Positions 1-9,488 of a stretch of 64,000 nt of DNA are shown here, piece by piece. The DNA is taken from NCBI GenBank assembly GCA_947474395.1, contig CANJID010000001.1, forward strand, positions 18,083-82,082, written 5' to 3'. This DNA comes from Caulobacterales bacterium (lineage in GTDB: Bacteria; Pseudomonadota; Alphaproteobacteria; Caulobacterales; Caulobacteraceae). A model generated the notes under the pieces. The model ran no database searches. It was not told where the DNA came from and saw only the letters and a program-made list of their open reading frames with translations. Position numbers and translations under genes: made by a program. Position 1 is the stretch's first letter. Each line of letters begins with the position of its first letter.

Positions 1-599
1 CGTACCCCGGTCTTCACATGGCGCATGGCCTCGACCAGCAGGTGCTGGCGCTTGTACGCCTCCAGCCGGGCGACCAGCACCACCGCGTCGCCGTGGTCGC
101 CGCTCCTGAACCGCTCCGGCTCCAGCAGCGGCTGGTAGAGGATGGGCGTCTCGAGGCCGTTGAAGCGCCTGAGCCGGTCCTGGACCGTCCCGCTGAGGGC
201 GTAGACCTGGGCGGCCTCGCCCAGCGCCTCGGTGTCCAGCTCCATCAGGGCCCGGCGCACCGCCAGGGTGCGGGCGTCGTGCGGCAGGTAGCAGAGGGCG
301 GTGTCCCAGAGGTCGTAGAAGACCCGGAAGTGATGGATGAACCAGACCAGCTTGTGGGGGTGGCGGAGCACATAGGCGGGCGGGCGGATGCAGATCAGCC
401 GGTCGCAGCGGTCCGAGAGGTCGATCAGCCGCCAGCCGGCGATCTGGGCCAGCATGGTCTCCGGGTCGTCCACGAAGGGCAGGAGGAAGCTCTCGACCTC
501 GTGGCCCTGCGCCCTCAGCTTCGCCGCCAGCCAGTCGACGATGTGGCGCGCCCCGCCGGTGACGAACGGCACATAGGACGAGGCGATGATCAGCTTCAC
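1..599 (-). CDS. Glycosyltransferase family 1/4, N-terminal part (3' end lies beyond window start)
   Basis: Absent from ORF track because truncated. Manual reverse translation from GTG (complement of 597-599) gives VKLIIASSYVPFVTGGARHIVDWLAAKLRAQGHEVESFLLPF... It is open to position 3 and GC3-rich. GTGA start/stop overlap with the upstream GT gene. Confidence 0.6.
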   Translation of the reverse strand, partial: MKLIIASSYVPFVTGGARHIVDWLAAKLRAQGHEVESFLLPFVDDPETMLAQIAGWRLIDLSDRCDRLICIRPPAYVLRHPHKLVWFIHHFRVFYDLWDTALCYLPHDARTLAVRRALMELDTEALGEAAQVYALSGTVQDRLRRFNGLETPILYQPLLEPERFRSGDHGDAVVLVARLEAYKRQHLLVEAMRHVKTGV

Positions 600-1762
600 C
601 CGCCCGCCCCGGGCAGGGCGGCGCGCAGGATCGCCAAGGCGTCACGCTCACCGAAGGCCGCGGCGCCGGGCGGGGGCGGGGCGAGCTCCCCCCGCACGCC
701 GGCCCGGACCAGGCGGCGGAAATCGCCCGGATCGTCGGCCACGTAGAGTCCCGCGCCGGGCGAGGCGTGCGGATAGCCGACCAGGGCCTTGGGCGTGCAG
801 ACCACGGGCCGCCCGCTCCATAGGGCGTCGGCGGTTTTCATATTGGCGCCCGCGCCTACCCGGACGGGCAGGATCACGCAGGAAGCCGCGCGTAGGACCC
901 TTGCCAGATCGGCGGAGGGCAGGGGCCCGAGACTGCGGAACCGCGACTGGTTCAGGGCGCGAAAACTCCCGAACCGGGCGTCGGCCTCGATGGCCGGACC
1001 GACCGAGCCGGCCGCGGCGACCGTCTCCCCCAGACGCAGGACGCCGAGGCCGTCGGGGAAGGCCCAGAAGAACCCGTCCACGTTGGGCCAGAAGGCGCTG
1101 GCGACCATGGCCGCGTAGCGCTGCGGCCTCGCCGCTTCCGGTTCGGCGACCTCCGGCAGCCCGCTGATCGGCGGCAGGACAGTGGCCTCCACGCCCCAGC
1201 GGTCCCGCATGTACCGGGCGTCCTCGCCCGATATGGCCAGGACCACGTCCGCCGCCTGCGCCAGCTCGCGCTCCATCGCCTCCACAGCGAGCCGCCGCGT
1301 CTCCGCGCCCGGGGCGACAGGGCAGTAGGGGTAGAGCAGGGGCCGCAGCTCGGCCTCGATGTTGTGGGCGGAATAGATCAGCCGGGGCCGCCTGCCGCCC
1401 AGGTCCGCCAGGACCCGCCGCAGCAGCGGCCACGGCCAGGGATGCTCCACCACGATCAGGTCCGGCGCAGCGGCCTCGATGGCGCCCGTCAGCGCCCGTC
1501 TGCCCGCCGGATCGCTCTCCGCCGCCAGGGCCATGTGCAGCCCGCCGAACGCCATGTCCGCCTCCAGGGCGGTCTCAAGGGCAGGGTCAGACAGGAGGAT
1601 GTCGCTGCCGGCGGCGCCACCGGCTCCGGGATAGATGCCGACCGTCGTCACGCTCCAGCCGAGCGCCTCGAACAGGCGCCGGTTCGACAGCGCCCGGGCG
1701 TCGCCTCCCGAGACGGCGTTCTCGCCGAGCGGGAAGGGGGCGAGCATCAGGGCCCTACCCAC
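596..1762 (-). CDS. Glycosyltransferase family 1/4 (GT-B fold)
   Basis: 388-aa ORF. N-terminus MLAPFPLGENAVSGGDARAL and C-terminal GANMKTADALWSGRPVVCT resemble GT4 enzymes. 8-nt overlap with upstream gene and 4-nt overlap with downstream gene. Confidence 0.75.
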   Translation of the reverse strand: MGRALMLAPFPLGENAVSGGDARALSNRRLFEALGWSVTTVGIYPGAGGAAGSDILLSDPALETALEADMAFGGLHMALAAESDPAGRRALTGAIEAAAPDLIVVEHPWPWPLLRRVLADLGGRRPRLIYSAHNIEAELRPLLYPYCPVAPGAETRRLAVEAMERELAQAADVVLAISGEDARYMRDRWGVEATVLPPISGLPEVAEPEAARPQRYAAMVASAFWPNVDGFFWAFPDGLGVLRLGETVAAAGSVGPAIEADARFGSFRALNQSRFRSLGPLPSADLARVLRAASCVILPVRVGAGANMKTADALWSGRPVVCTPKALVGYPHASPGAGLYVADDPGDFRRLVRAGVRGELAPPPPGAAAFGERDALAILRAALPGAGG

Positions 1763-3236
1763 GGGCGGCCCCTGTCACGGCGGCCGTCAGGGCGTCGCCG
1801 AAGGTCGCCGGGCCGAGGTTGGCGAAGCGGTCGCGCGCCGTGGCTCGCAGCACCTCAAGCCGGGCCGGCTCCCGGATCAGGCGTTCGATCTCTTCGGTCC
1901 AGGCCGGGGCGTCGAGCGGGTCGAGCGCCGGCATCAGCCCCTCGGTCGCCTCCAACATGGAGGCATGGTCCGAGGTGATCATCGGCGTGCCGAAGGTCAG
2001 GGGCTCGATATTGCCGAGGCCCTCGTAGAAGGACGGGAACAGGGCGAAGCGGGCATTGCGGTAGAGCCAGATCAGCTCGGCGTCGGAGGCCTTGTTGTAG
2101 ATCCTCAGCTTGCCGCGCAGGCGCCGCCCGTGCTCGGCGAAGAAGCGCACCTCGTCCACACGCCAGCCCCACTTGCCGACGAAGACCAGGATCGGCAGGT
2201 CCTCCGGCGCCAGGCGCTCGGCCAGCCGCTCCCAGACCCGCAGGAGCAGCATGTGGTTCTTGCGCACCTCGATGGTGGCGCAGAAGACCGCGAACGGCCG
2301 CCCGGCCAGTTCGGCTGTCTCGACCTCGCCGATGGCCTCCGCGTGGGCGAACAGCAGGTTCGGGACCCGCCCCGCCACGACCCGGCAGTCGATGTCGTTG
2401 GGCGCGCAGATCACTCGCTGGAAGGCCTCGCGCGAGGTCTCAGACACCGTCAGCACCGTCTCGCTCAGGTGCGCCATCTCGACGAAGTAGCGATGCAGCC
2501 GGTCGGGCGGGACCGCCGCGACCTCGGGGTGCTCGACCACGATGACGTCATAGCAGACGCTCACCAGCCGGACCCCGAGGGCGACGACGGCGGCGAGCTG
2601 ATCGTAGTCGAGGTAGTCCCAGCCGTTGGCGGCGCAGACCAGCACATCGCCGTGGTTCCACTCCACCGCCCGCGATGGGGCGGGCGGCGCCGGTTCGGGC
2701 GCGGGCGGCGGAGGCCCCCTGCGGACGGCGAGGCGCGCGCCCCGGATCACGGTGTTCGCCGACAGGGCCCCGATGTAGAGCCCGACCCGCAGCGCTCGGA
2801 CGGCGAGGGCGTTCGACGGCAGGGCATGGCCGAGCCAGGCGCGCAGGGCTTGCGGCGCCTGGCTCCGCGGGGTCCGCGCCACGGCTTCGGCGAAGCGGGC
2901 AAGACGGGCGCCGACCGAAGGGACCGGCTCACTTACGGGCGGAGGCGCTTCCGCCGGTTCCGGCTCGGCCTCGGGGGTTCGGCCGTGGGCGACCGCGACG
3001 ATCCTCAGGACGGCGCGCGTCTCCTGCGCGGTCGCGTCGCGAAAGCCTCCAGCGGCCGGGTCGAAGCGCACGAAGTTGAGCGGCCGGTCGGCGGTCTTGA
3101 ACAGATGGTCGACGATGTAGTGCTCGACCCGGACGATGCCGACGGCCGTCTCGTCCCCCCAGTGCAGGATCAGGCTGGCGTCGTAGTGGATGAGCGACAT
3201 CGCGGGCAGTAGCCGAGAGGCGGCGCCCATCGTCAA
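1755..3236 (-). CDS. Glycosyltransferase with C-terminal GT1 domain and unassigned N-terminal ~250 aa
   Basis: 493-aa ORF. C-terminal half has LVFVGKWGW... and FALFPSFYEGLGNIEPLTFGTPMITSD (the GT1 E-x7-E region). Confidence 0.7.
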   Translation of the reverse strand: MTMGAASRLLPAMSLIHYDASLILHWGDETAVGIVRVEHYIVDHLFKTADRPLNFVRFDPAAGGFRDATAQETRAVLRIVAVAHGRTPEAEPEPAEAPPPVSEPVPSVGARLARFAEAVARTPRSQAPQALRAWLGHALPSNALAVRALRVGLYIGALSANTVIRGARLAVRRGPPPPAPEPAPPAPSRAVEWNHGDVLVCAANGWDYLDYDQLAAVVALGVRLVSVCYDVIVVEHPEVAAVPPDRLHRYFVEMAHLSETVLTVSETSREAFQRVICAPNDIDCRVVAGRVPNLLFAHAEAIGEVETAELAGRPFAVFCATIEVRKNHMLLLRVWERLAERLAPEDLPILVFVGKWGWRVDEVRFFAEHGRRLRGKLRIYNKASDAELIWLYRNARFALFPSFYEGLGNIEPLTFGTPMITSDHASMLEATEGLMPALDPLDAPAWTEEIERLIREPARLEVLRATARDRFANLGPATFGDALTAAVTGAARG

Positions 3237-3246
3237 GCGCGACCGT

Positions 3247-4032
3247 TCAGGCGTGCATGACCTCCATCTCGCGAGTCTCCTCGCCGAACTGGCAGGCGGT
3301 GTTGGCGCGGTCCGGGATTGCGATGCGGAGCTGGTCGAAGATCGCGCCCCACGCCCCCGTGTCGCCCATCCAGTCGGACTGCGGGTGAGTCGGGAGGGCG
3401 AACACCCGCACGCGGGGGTCGAGGGCGGCGGGGTCGATCGCGACCGGGGTGAAGGCCTCGTAATAGACGAAGGCCAGGGTGAAGCTCAGGCCGGGGAACT
3501 TGGCTTCGAGGGTCCGGCAGAGCCGGTTCAGGTCCTCCGTCTCCACCGTCTTGGGGTCGGCCACGTAGGGGTGCGGCGCGGGGGACTCCAGATGCCCGCC
3601 CAGGCGGATGAACACCGTCCGCCGGCCCTTCCTCATGAAGTCGATGAAGGACCGGTACTTGTGCAGGTGCTTGGCCCGGCAGGCCTCCAGGGCCTCGGCG
3701 CTGACCATGGCCTTGTAGTCTGCGGTCCTGGGGAAATCGTGGTGATGGGCCACGCCGTACCGGTCGCAGACCGCCGTGCCGCCGTCGAACTGCATGGTCA
3801 CGGACTGCCCGAAGCCCGCGCCATCGTCGGTCAGGACGCGCTCGATCGCGCCCAGCGGGGTGACCAGCCAGTCGAACGGGCTCTTGATCCGAAAGCCGAA
3901 CCGCTTTTCGACCTGGTAGGCGACCTGGCACAGGCCGCCGAGGCTGATCAACGCCTCGTAGGCCTCGCCGCGACGCCCGAGACCCAGGGTCCGCAGCAGG
4001 CTCTTGGCCCGTCCTATGATCCGCTCGCCCAT
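3247..4032 (-). CDS. DUF1796 family protein (putative papain-like cysteine peptidase fold)
   Basis: Internal ATG of the 801-aa track ORF (MGERIIGRAKSL...). The ISLGGLCQVAYQVEKRFGFRIKSPFDWLVTP motif is typical of DUF1796. The rest of the long ORF is antisense to the tannase gene. Confidence 0.65.
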   Translation of the reverse strand: MGERIIGRAKSLLRTLGLGRRGEAYEALISLGGLCQVAYQVEKRFGFRIKSPFDWLVTPLGAIERVLTDDGAGFGQSVTMQFDGGTAVCDRYGVAHHHDFPRTADYKAMVSAEALEACRAKHLHKYRSFIDFMRKGRRTVFIRLGGHLESPAPHPYVADPKTVETEDLNRLCRTLEAKFPGLSFTLAFVYYEAFTPVAIDPAALDPRVRVFALPTHPQSDWMGDTGAWGAIFDQLRIAIPDRANTACQFGEETREMEVMHA

Positions 4033-4131
4033 GGCTCTCACCCTGCCCTCGGCCCCCAGCGGCGGCAAGGCGGGGTGCACAGGACGGGCGGGGCGTGCGA
4101 AGCTCGCCCTAACAAGGGTAGGGGAAACGCC

Positions 4132-5868
4132 ATGATGAGATGGGTCGGGCTGATAGGCGCCTTGGTCGTCGCCGGTTCGGTGGGCGGGAGCCTTCAGGCG
4201 GCGTCGCCTTCCGGGACGAGCTGCGACGCGCTGGCGGCCCTGCCGGCGGGGCGGCTCGGCGATCCGACCCTGGTGGTCGCCTCGGCCGTGGCCCAGCCCG
4301 CCCAGGCGGCGAACGGCCGGACCCCCGCCATCCCCGCCAACTGCGAGGTCTTCGCCAAGCTGCAGGAGCGCAAGGGCGCCAACGGTCAGACCTACGCCAT
4401 CAAGCTGCACCTGCGCATGCCCACGGCGTGGAACGGGCGGTTCTTTTTCCAAGGCGGAGGGGGCTCCAACGGCGTTGTCGGCAATGCGGTGGGATCCCTG
4501 CTGGGCGGCCAGACCGGCAGCGCGCTCAGCCTCGGCTATGCGGTGGTCTCCCAGGACTCCGGCCACGACAACGCCGTCAACAACGACCCCAAGCTGCAGG
4601 GGACCGTGACCTTTGGCTGGGATGCCGAGGCCAGGCGCAACTACGGCTTCGCCTCCATCGGCCCGGTGACCCGCGTCGCCAAGGCCATGATCCGGGCCCA
4701 TTACGGGCGCGGCCCGCAGTTCTCCTATTTCGTCGGGGGCTCCAAGGGCGGGCAGGAAGCCATGATGGCCGCCCAGCGCTTCCCCGAGGAATTCGACGCG
4801 ATCCTGGCGGGCTATCCGGGCTTCAGGCTGGCCGACGCGGCCGCCATCGCCCAGATGTCCGACGCCCAGGCCTTCGCCGAGGCGGCGCGGGCCGCCGGCC
4901 AGGTCGACGCCGCGGGCCTGCCGCTGGTCAACAAGGCCATGACCGACGAGGACCTCGACCTGGCGTCCCAGGCCGTGCTGAAGGCCTGCGACAACCTCGA
5001 CGGCACGGTCGACGGCATGGTCGAGAACTTCATGGCCTGCACCACGCCGGTCGTCGCCCCGGCCCTGGCCGCCGTCACCTGCGCCGGGGCCAAGACGCCC
5101 GCCTGCCTGAGCGCGGCCCAGATCACCGCCCTGCGCAAGGTCTACGACGGCCCGCGCGACGCCCGTGGCGCGCCCCTCTACAGCGACTGGGCCTGGGACG
5201 CGGGGATCGGCGGGCGCTCGCCCCAGGGGTTCCAGCAGGGCTGGCGGACCTGGAAGCTCGGCCGCTACGCCAGCGACCGCAACGACGGCCTCGCCGTGGT
5301 GCTGGGCGGGGGGTCTGCCTCCGCGGTCTTTACCTCTCCGCCGACGGCGGTCGCGGACGATCCGGCCGCGCTCACCCGCTACACCCTGTCGGCGGACGTG
5401 ACGCAGAGCCCGGCGAAGGTGCGGACAAAGTGGGGAAGCTTCGGCGAATCCGCAGCCGACTTCATGCACGCAGAGGCCACGGATCTCCGCCGCTTCTACC
5501 GCCGGGGCGGCAAGCTGTTGATCTTCCACGGGGTCAGCGATCCGGTCTTCTCGATCAAGGACACCATCGCCTGGCTGAACAAGGTCGACCGCCGCGAGGC
5601 CGGCCGCGCCGCCCGCTTCGTTCGGCTCTTCGCCGTGCCGGGGATGAACCATGGGGGCGGGGGCCCCGCCACGGACCAGATCGACGCCTTCTCCGCCCTG
5701 GTGGCCTGGCGCGAGAAGAACGTGGCCCCAGTGTCGCTGACGGGGCGGGCGGGGGCCAACACCCCATGGCCCGGCCGCACGCGGCTGCTCTGCCCCTATC
5801 CGCAGCAGCCCCGCCGCAACGGGGGCGACATGGAGCGCGCCGAATCCTTCCGCTGCGTCCTGCCGTGA
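4132..5868 (+). CDS. Secreted tannase/feruloyl esterase family alpha/beta hydrolase
   Basis: Internal ATG of the 892-aa ORF. Signal peptide MMRWVGLIGALVVAGSVGGSLQAAS. FFFQGGGGSNG and YFVGGSKGGQEAMMAAQRFPEEFDAILAGYPGF motifs (nucleophile elbow GxSxG). Confidence 0.8.
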   Translation: MMRWVGLIGALVVAGSVGGSLQAASPSGTSCDALAALPAGRLGDPTLVVASAVAQPAQAANGRTPAIPANCEVFAKLQERKGANGQTYAIKLHLRMPTAWNGRFFFQGGGGSNGVVGNAVGSLLGGQTGSALSLGYAVVSQDSGHDNAVNNDPKLQGTVTFGWDAEARRNYGFASIGPVTRVAKAMIRAHYGRGPQFSYFVGGSKGGQEAMMAAQRFPEEFDAILAGYPGFRLADAAAIAQMSDAQAFAEAARAAGQVDAAGLPLVNKAMTDEDLDLASQAVLKACDNLDGTVDGMVENFMACTTPVVAPALAAVTCAGAKTPACLSAAQITALRKVYDGPRDARGAPLYSDWAWDAGIGGRSPQGFQQGWRTWKLGRYASDRNDGLAVVLGGGSASAVFTSPPTAVADDPAALTRYTLSADVTQSPAKVRTKWGSFGESAADFMHAEATDLRRFYRRGGKLLIFHGVSDPVFSIKDTIAWLNKVDRREAGRAARFVRLFAVPGMNHGGGGPATDQIDAFSALVAWREKNVAPVSLTGRAGANTPWPGRTRLLCPYPQQPRRNGGDMERAESFRCVLP

Positions 5869-5880
5869 GGTTCCCGGCGT

Positions 5881-6954
5881 CTAGAGCTTGAGGGGCGAGG
5901 CATAGCCGGTGAGTTCGAGGTAGCCTCGCCCGCCCTCCACCGTCACCGCGCCCTCCCAGTAGATCGGGCCCCCGGCGGCGCGGCTGTCGAGCTCCTGGTC
6001 GTCGAACAGCGGCCGGACCCGCCAGCGCCGCTCTCCCCCAGGCAGGCGGACCGTGAGCTGCCGCTCGACGGGGTAGGTCACGCGGGTCCGGGGCGAGCGC
6101 CATGTGCGAACGGTCGAAAAGCGCACGGCGTCGGGGCCAAGGCTGGTCGCGGGGCGGTTCGCGGGCCGCAGCGTTCCGCCGGCCCACAAGGGGCGCCCGG
6201 ATGCGTCGCGGATCTGGAACGCCATCAGGGCGCTTCCATCGGCCAGGTTGACCCCCAGCCAGTCCCAGCCGACCGCGCTTGGATCGAGCAGGGTGGACGA
6301 CCACTCCCGGTCCATCCAGGCCTGGCCCGTCACTGCTTGCGCCTTGCGGCCGCGCTGGATCCGGCCGGAAACCTTCAACTGCGGCAGGCTGTAGTAGTAG
6401 CTCGCCTGGCTCGGCGCCGGGCCCTTGCGGCTGTAGCCGCCCTTGCCCTGGAGCAGGACCGGCTGGCTCGAATCGAGGACCAGATCGAGGACGAAGTCGC
6501 TACCCTGCACCTTGGTGCGGATCCGGCCGTCGGCCTGCCGCTTCATGGTCCAGTCGTCGAGGACGATATCGAGGTCGGTCCTCGAGGCCGTGCCCAGGCC
6601 GAAGCCCTCGCGGGCTATGCGCTGGTCGTGGACGAGGCGGCCCGTCCGGGCGTCCGAGACGGCGGCGTGGGCGAACAGCACCTGACGGGGGGCGAAGGCG
6701 CTGGGGTTCGCCGGATCGCTGCCGGTCTTCGAGCGGAAGAAAGTCACCTGAAAGCCCACTGGCGGCCCGTCGCCGGTCTCCAGCCAGCCGGTGACGTACC
6801 ACCACTCGGTACGGAAATCGGGGTGGGCGCCGTGGTCGGCGGGGAAGGCCAGGGCGACGCCGGGACGGACCTCGGCGTAGCGCGGGGATGCGGGGGCCGC
6901 CGCGACGAGGAACATGGTCAGGGCGGCGACCGCCCAGGGCTTCCAGCGCGCCAT
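5881..6954 (-). CDS. AttH/CrtC-like lipocalin-domain secreted protein
   Basis: Start MARWKPWAVAALTMFLVAAAPA (signal peptide) inside the 718-aa ORF. FPADHGAHPDFRTEWWYVTGWL motif of the hydroxyneurosporene-synthase-like/AttH family. TGATG overlap with the permease stop. Confidence 0.7.
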   Translation of the reverse strand: MARWKPWAVAALTMFLVAAAPASPRYAEVRPGVALAFPADHGAHPDFRTEWWYVTGWLETGDGPPVGFQVTFFRSKTGSDPANPSAFAPRQVLFAHAAVSDARTGRLVHDQRIAREGFGLGTASRTDLDIVLDDWTMKRQADGRIRTKVQGSDFVLDLVLDSSQPVLLQGKGGYSRKGPAPSQASYYYSLPQLKVSGRIQRGRKAQAVTGQAWMDREWSSTLLDPSAVGWDWLGVNLADGSALMAFQIRDASGRPLWAGGTLRPANRPATSLGPDAVRFSTVRTWRSPRTRVTYPVERQLTVRLPGGERRWRVRPLFDDQELDSRAAGGPIYWEGAVTVEGGRGYLELTGYASPLKL

Positions 6955-9488
6955 CACCAGTCCTCCCTGACCGCGTCCACGGCGGCCTGCGAGATCGCGC
7001 GGCGCCCGGTCATGAGCGCGGCGATCGCGGACACGCCGATCAGCGCCCCCGCCACGCCGGCGAACAGCGAAAGCGGCAGGTGCGTCTCCATGGTCCAGTG
7101 GAAGGACTGCGGGTTCACCACATGGATCAGCACCTGGCTCATGGCGAGGCCAAGGCCGATGCCGGCGACGCCGCCGACCGCGCCCAGCAGCGCGCCCTCC
7201 GCCGCCAGCATGGCGGCGATCTGCCGGCGCAGGACCCCGACGTGGCGCAGCATGCCGAACTCCTTGATGCGCGCCAGGGTCTGGGCCGACATGGTGGCGG
7301 TCACCCCCGCCAGCCCCACCAGGATGGCGATGGCCTCCAGCAGATAGGTGATCGCGAAGCTGCGGTCGAAGATGCGCAAGGAAAGGGCGCGCAGGGCCCG
7401 GGACTCGGTGATCAGGGTGCGGCCCGCCAGGCGCTCGGGCAGCGCCGCACGCAGGCGCGCGACCACCGCGCCGGGGGCGGCGCCGGGGTCGAGATCGACG
7501 GCCGCTTCGTTGACGAGCCGGTCGCCCGTGAGGCGGACATAGTCGGCCTGCTCCAGGACAATGCTCCCCTGCTGGCGAGCGTAGTCGCGCCAGACGCCCA
7601 TGACGAAGGCGGTGGTCGCCTTGTCCGTCGCCGGGTCGACGAGGGGAAGGAGAAGGCGATCGCCCGGCCGATGGCCATAGATGCGGGCGGCGGGCTCGGA
7701 CAGCCATACCGGCGTCAGGCCAGGCGGCGGGCCTGACGCCCGGCCTCCCACCAGCGGCAGGCTCCCGCCGGGGTCGGGCCGCGCGACCAGCGCCGGCGGC
7801 GGCCGCTCGGCCGAGAGGCGCAGGGAGGTGGTTCTCAGGAAGGCGATCCCGGCGACCCCCGGGGCCGCCGTCATGGCCCGCCGCACGGGCTCGTCGAAGC
7901 CGTCGCCGTCCCCGCGATAGGTGAGATAGATGTCCGCCGGAAAGACCTGCAGCAGCCAGTCGTCGACCGACGAGCGGAAGCTGGTCACCATCACCGCCAT
8001 GGCGATCATCAGACTGGTGCTGGCGACGATCCCGCACAGGGCGACCGCCGCCTGGGACGGCGCGCCCCAGAGCCGGTTCAGGGCCAGTCTCAGGCTGGGC
8101 GCGCCCGGGGCGAGCCGCTGGGCGGGCGAGAGCAGGGCGCGCGCCAGCCAGGGTACGCCGGCGATCCCGCCGCCGAGGATCAGGGCGATCGACACATAGC
8201 CGAACAGCGGAAGCCCCCCGACCGGCGGAAGCAGGGCGCAGAGTGCTCCGGCCACCAGCAGGCCGAGCGCCGGGACGAGGGGCGGGGTCCGGCGCGGGTC
8301 GACGGCGTCGCCGAGGTTCTTCAGGGCCACGGCCGGCGGCGCGCCCACGGCCTGGCGCGCGGGCGCCAGGCCCCCAAGCAGGGCCGAGGCGAGGCCGAGG
8401 CCGCCGAACACCGCCGCGGCGCCGGGCGAGAAGGTCAGGGCGGGCCGGCGGACGTTTCCGAAGAAGCCCCCGCCGAGGTCGCCCCCGAACAGGCTCAGGG
8501 CCGCCTGCGCCAGGCCGAGGCCGATCGCCAATCCCAACCCTGCGCCCAGGAGGCCGACCGCCACGGATTCCAGCAGCACCTGGATCAGGATGGTCCGGCG
8601 ATCCGCGCCCAGCACTTGCAGCAGCGCGAACTGCGGGCGCCGGCGCGCCACCGAAAGGGACTGGGCCGAATAGATCAGGAAGGCGCCGGTCAAGAGGGCC
8701 ACCAGGGCCAGCATGTCGAGATTGACCCGATAGGCGCGCGAAAGATTGTCGGTCTGCCTGACCTCGCTATCGGGACTGGCGATTTCGGCGTCGGGGGGCA
8801 GGAGCGCGGACACCGCCGCCCGCACCGCCCCCGGGTCGGCGCCCTCGGCCAGCTTGAGGTCCAGGCGGTTCAGGCGCCCCACGCGGTCGAAACGCCACTG
8901 GGCCGCGGCGATGTCGATCACGCCGATGCGCTGGCCGTCGGGCGCGGCGGGCAGGTCGCCGACGATGCGGAACGGCTGCGGGCGGCCGCCGGCCGCAACC
9001 TCCACGGTGTCGCCGACCCTATGGCCGCCGGCGCGCAGGGCGGCGTCGGAGAGGAAGAGGCTCCCCTCGTCGAACCGGACCTCGGCGGGACCGCGCCCGA
9101 CCAGCGAGGGGGTCGCCGCGGCGGCGCGCAGGACATCGAGCCCGATCAGGGTCAGCCGGTCGCCGGGCCCCCCGCCCAGGTCGGCCGTCAGCTCCACGAC
9201 GGGGCTGACGGCGGCGACCCCGGCGAGGCGCGCCACCCGGGGATAGAGCTGTTCGTCGAAGCCCCGGGCGCTCACCGCCCGCACCTGCAGGTCCGCGTCG
9301 CCGTTGACCGCGGCGATGGCGCGGGAGAATTCGCTCAAGGCCGAGGTGTTGATCAGATGCACCGCGAAGCCCAGGGCCACGCCGACGGCGATGGCCAGGG
9401 CGCCGAGCGCCACCCGGGCGGGGTGGGCCCGCCATTCCCCCAGGATCATCCAGCGCAGGACCCCGGTGGGCAGGGCCTCAGCCGGCAT
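6954..9488 (-). CDS. ABC transporter permease with duplicated FtsX-like domains
   Basis: 844-aa polytopic protein. Two FtsX-type modules separated by large periplasmic loops. 11-nt overlap with the upstream ATPase gene. Confidence 0.85.
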   Translation of the reverse strand: MPAEALPTGVLRWMILGEWRAHPARVALGALAIAVGVALGFAVHLINTSALSEFSRAIAAVNGDADLQVRAVSARGFDEQLYPRVARLAGVAAVSPVVELTADLGGGPGDRLTLIGLDVLRAAAATPSLVGRGPAEVRFDEGSLFLSDAALRAGGHRVGDTVEVAAGGRPQPFRIVGDLPAAPDGQRIGVIDIAAAQWRFDRVGRLNRLDLKLAEGADPGAVRAAVSALLPPDAEIASPDSEVRQTDNLSRAYRVNLDMLALVALLTGAFLIYSAQSLSVARRRPQFALLQVLGADRRTILIQVLLESVAVGLLGAGLGLAIGLGLAQAALSLFGGDLGGGFFGNVRRPALTFSPGAAAVFGGLGLASALLGGLAPARQAVGAPPAVALKNLGDAVDPRRTPPLVPALGLLVAGALCALLPPVGGLPLFGYVSIALILGGGIAGVPWLARALLSPAQRLAPGAPSLRLALNRLWGAPSQAAVALCGIVASTSLMIAMAVMVTSFRSSVDDWLLQVFPADIYLTYRGDGDGFDEPVRRAMTAAPGVAGIAFLRTTSLRLSAERPPPALVARPDPGGSLPLVGGRASGPPPGLTPVWLSEPAARIYGHRPGDRLLLPLVDPATDKATTAFVMGVWRDYARQQGSIVLEQADYVRLTGDRLVNEAAVDLDPGAAPGAVVARLRAALPERLAGRTLITESRALRALSLRIFDRSFAITYLLEAIAILVGLAGVTATMSAQTLARIKEFGMLRHVGVLRRQIAAMLAAEGALLGAVGGVAGIGLGLAMSQVLIHVVNPQSFHWTMETHLPLSLFAGVAGALIGVSAIAALMTGRRAISQAAVDAVREDW

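Noticed and set aside
3190-5652. Long N-terminal extensions of the tannase ORF (from 3190) and of the DUF1796 ORF (up to 5652)
   Set aside because: The extensions overlap each other's real coding regions on opposite strands and have junk composition. Clear internal starts exist, with a signal peptide for the tannase and the family N-terminus for DUF1796.
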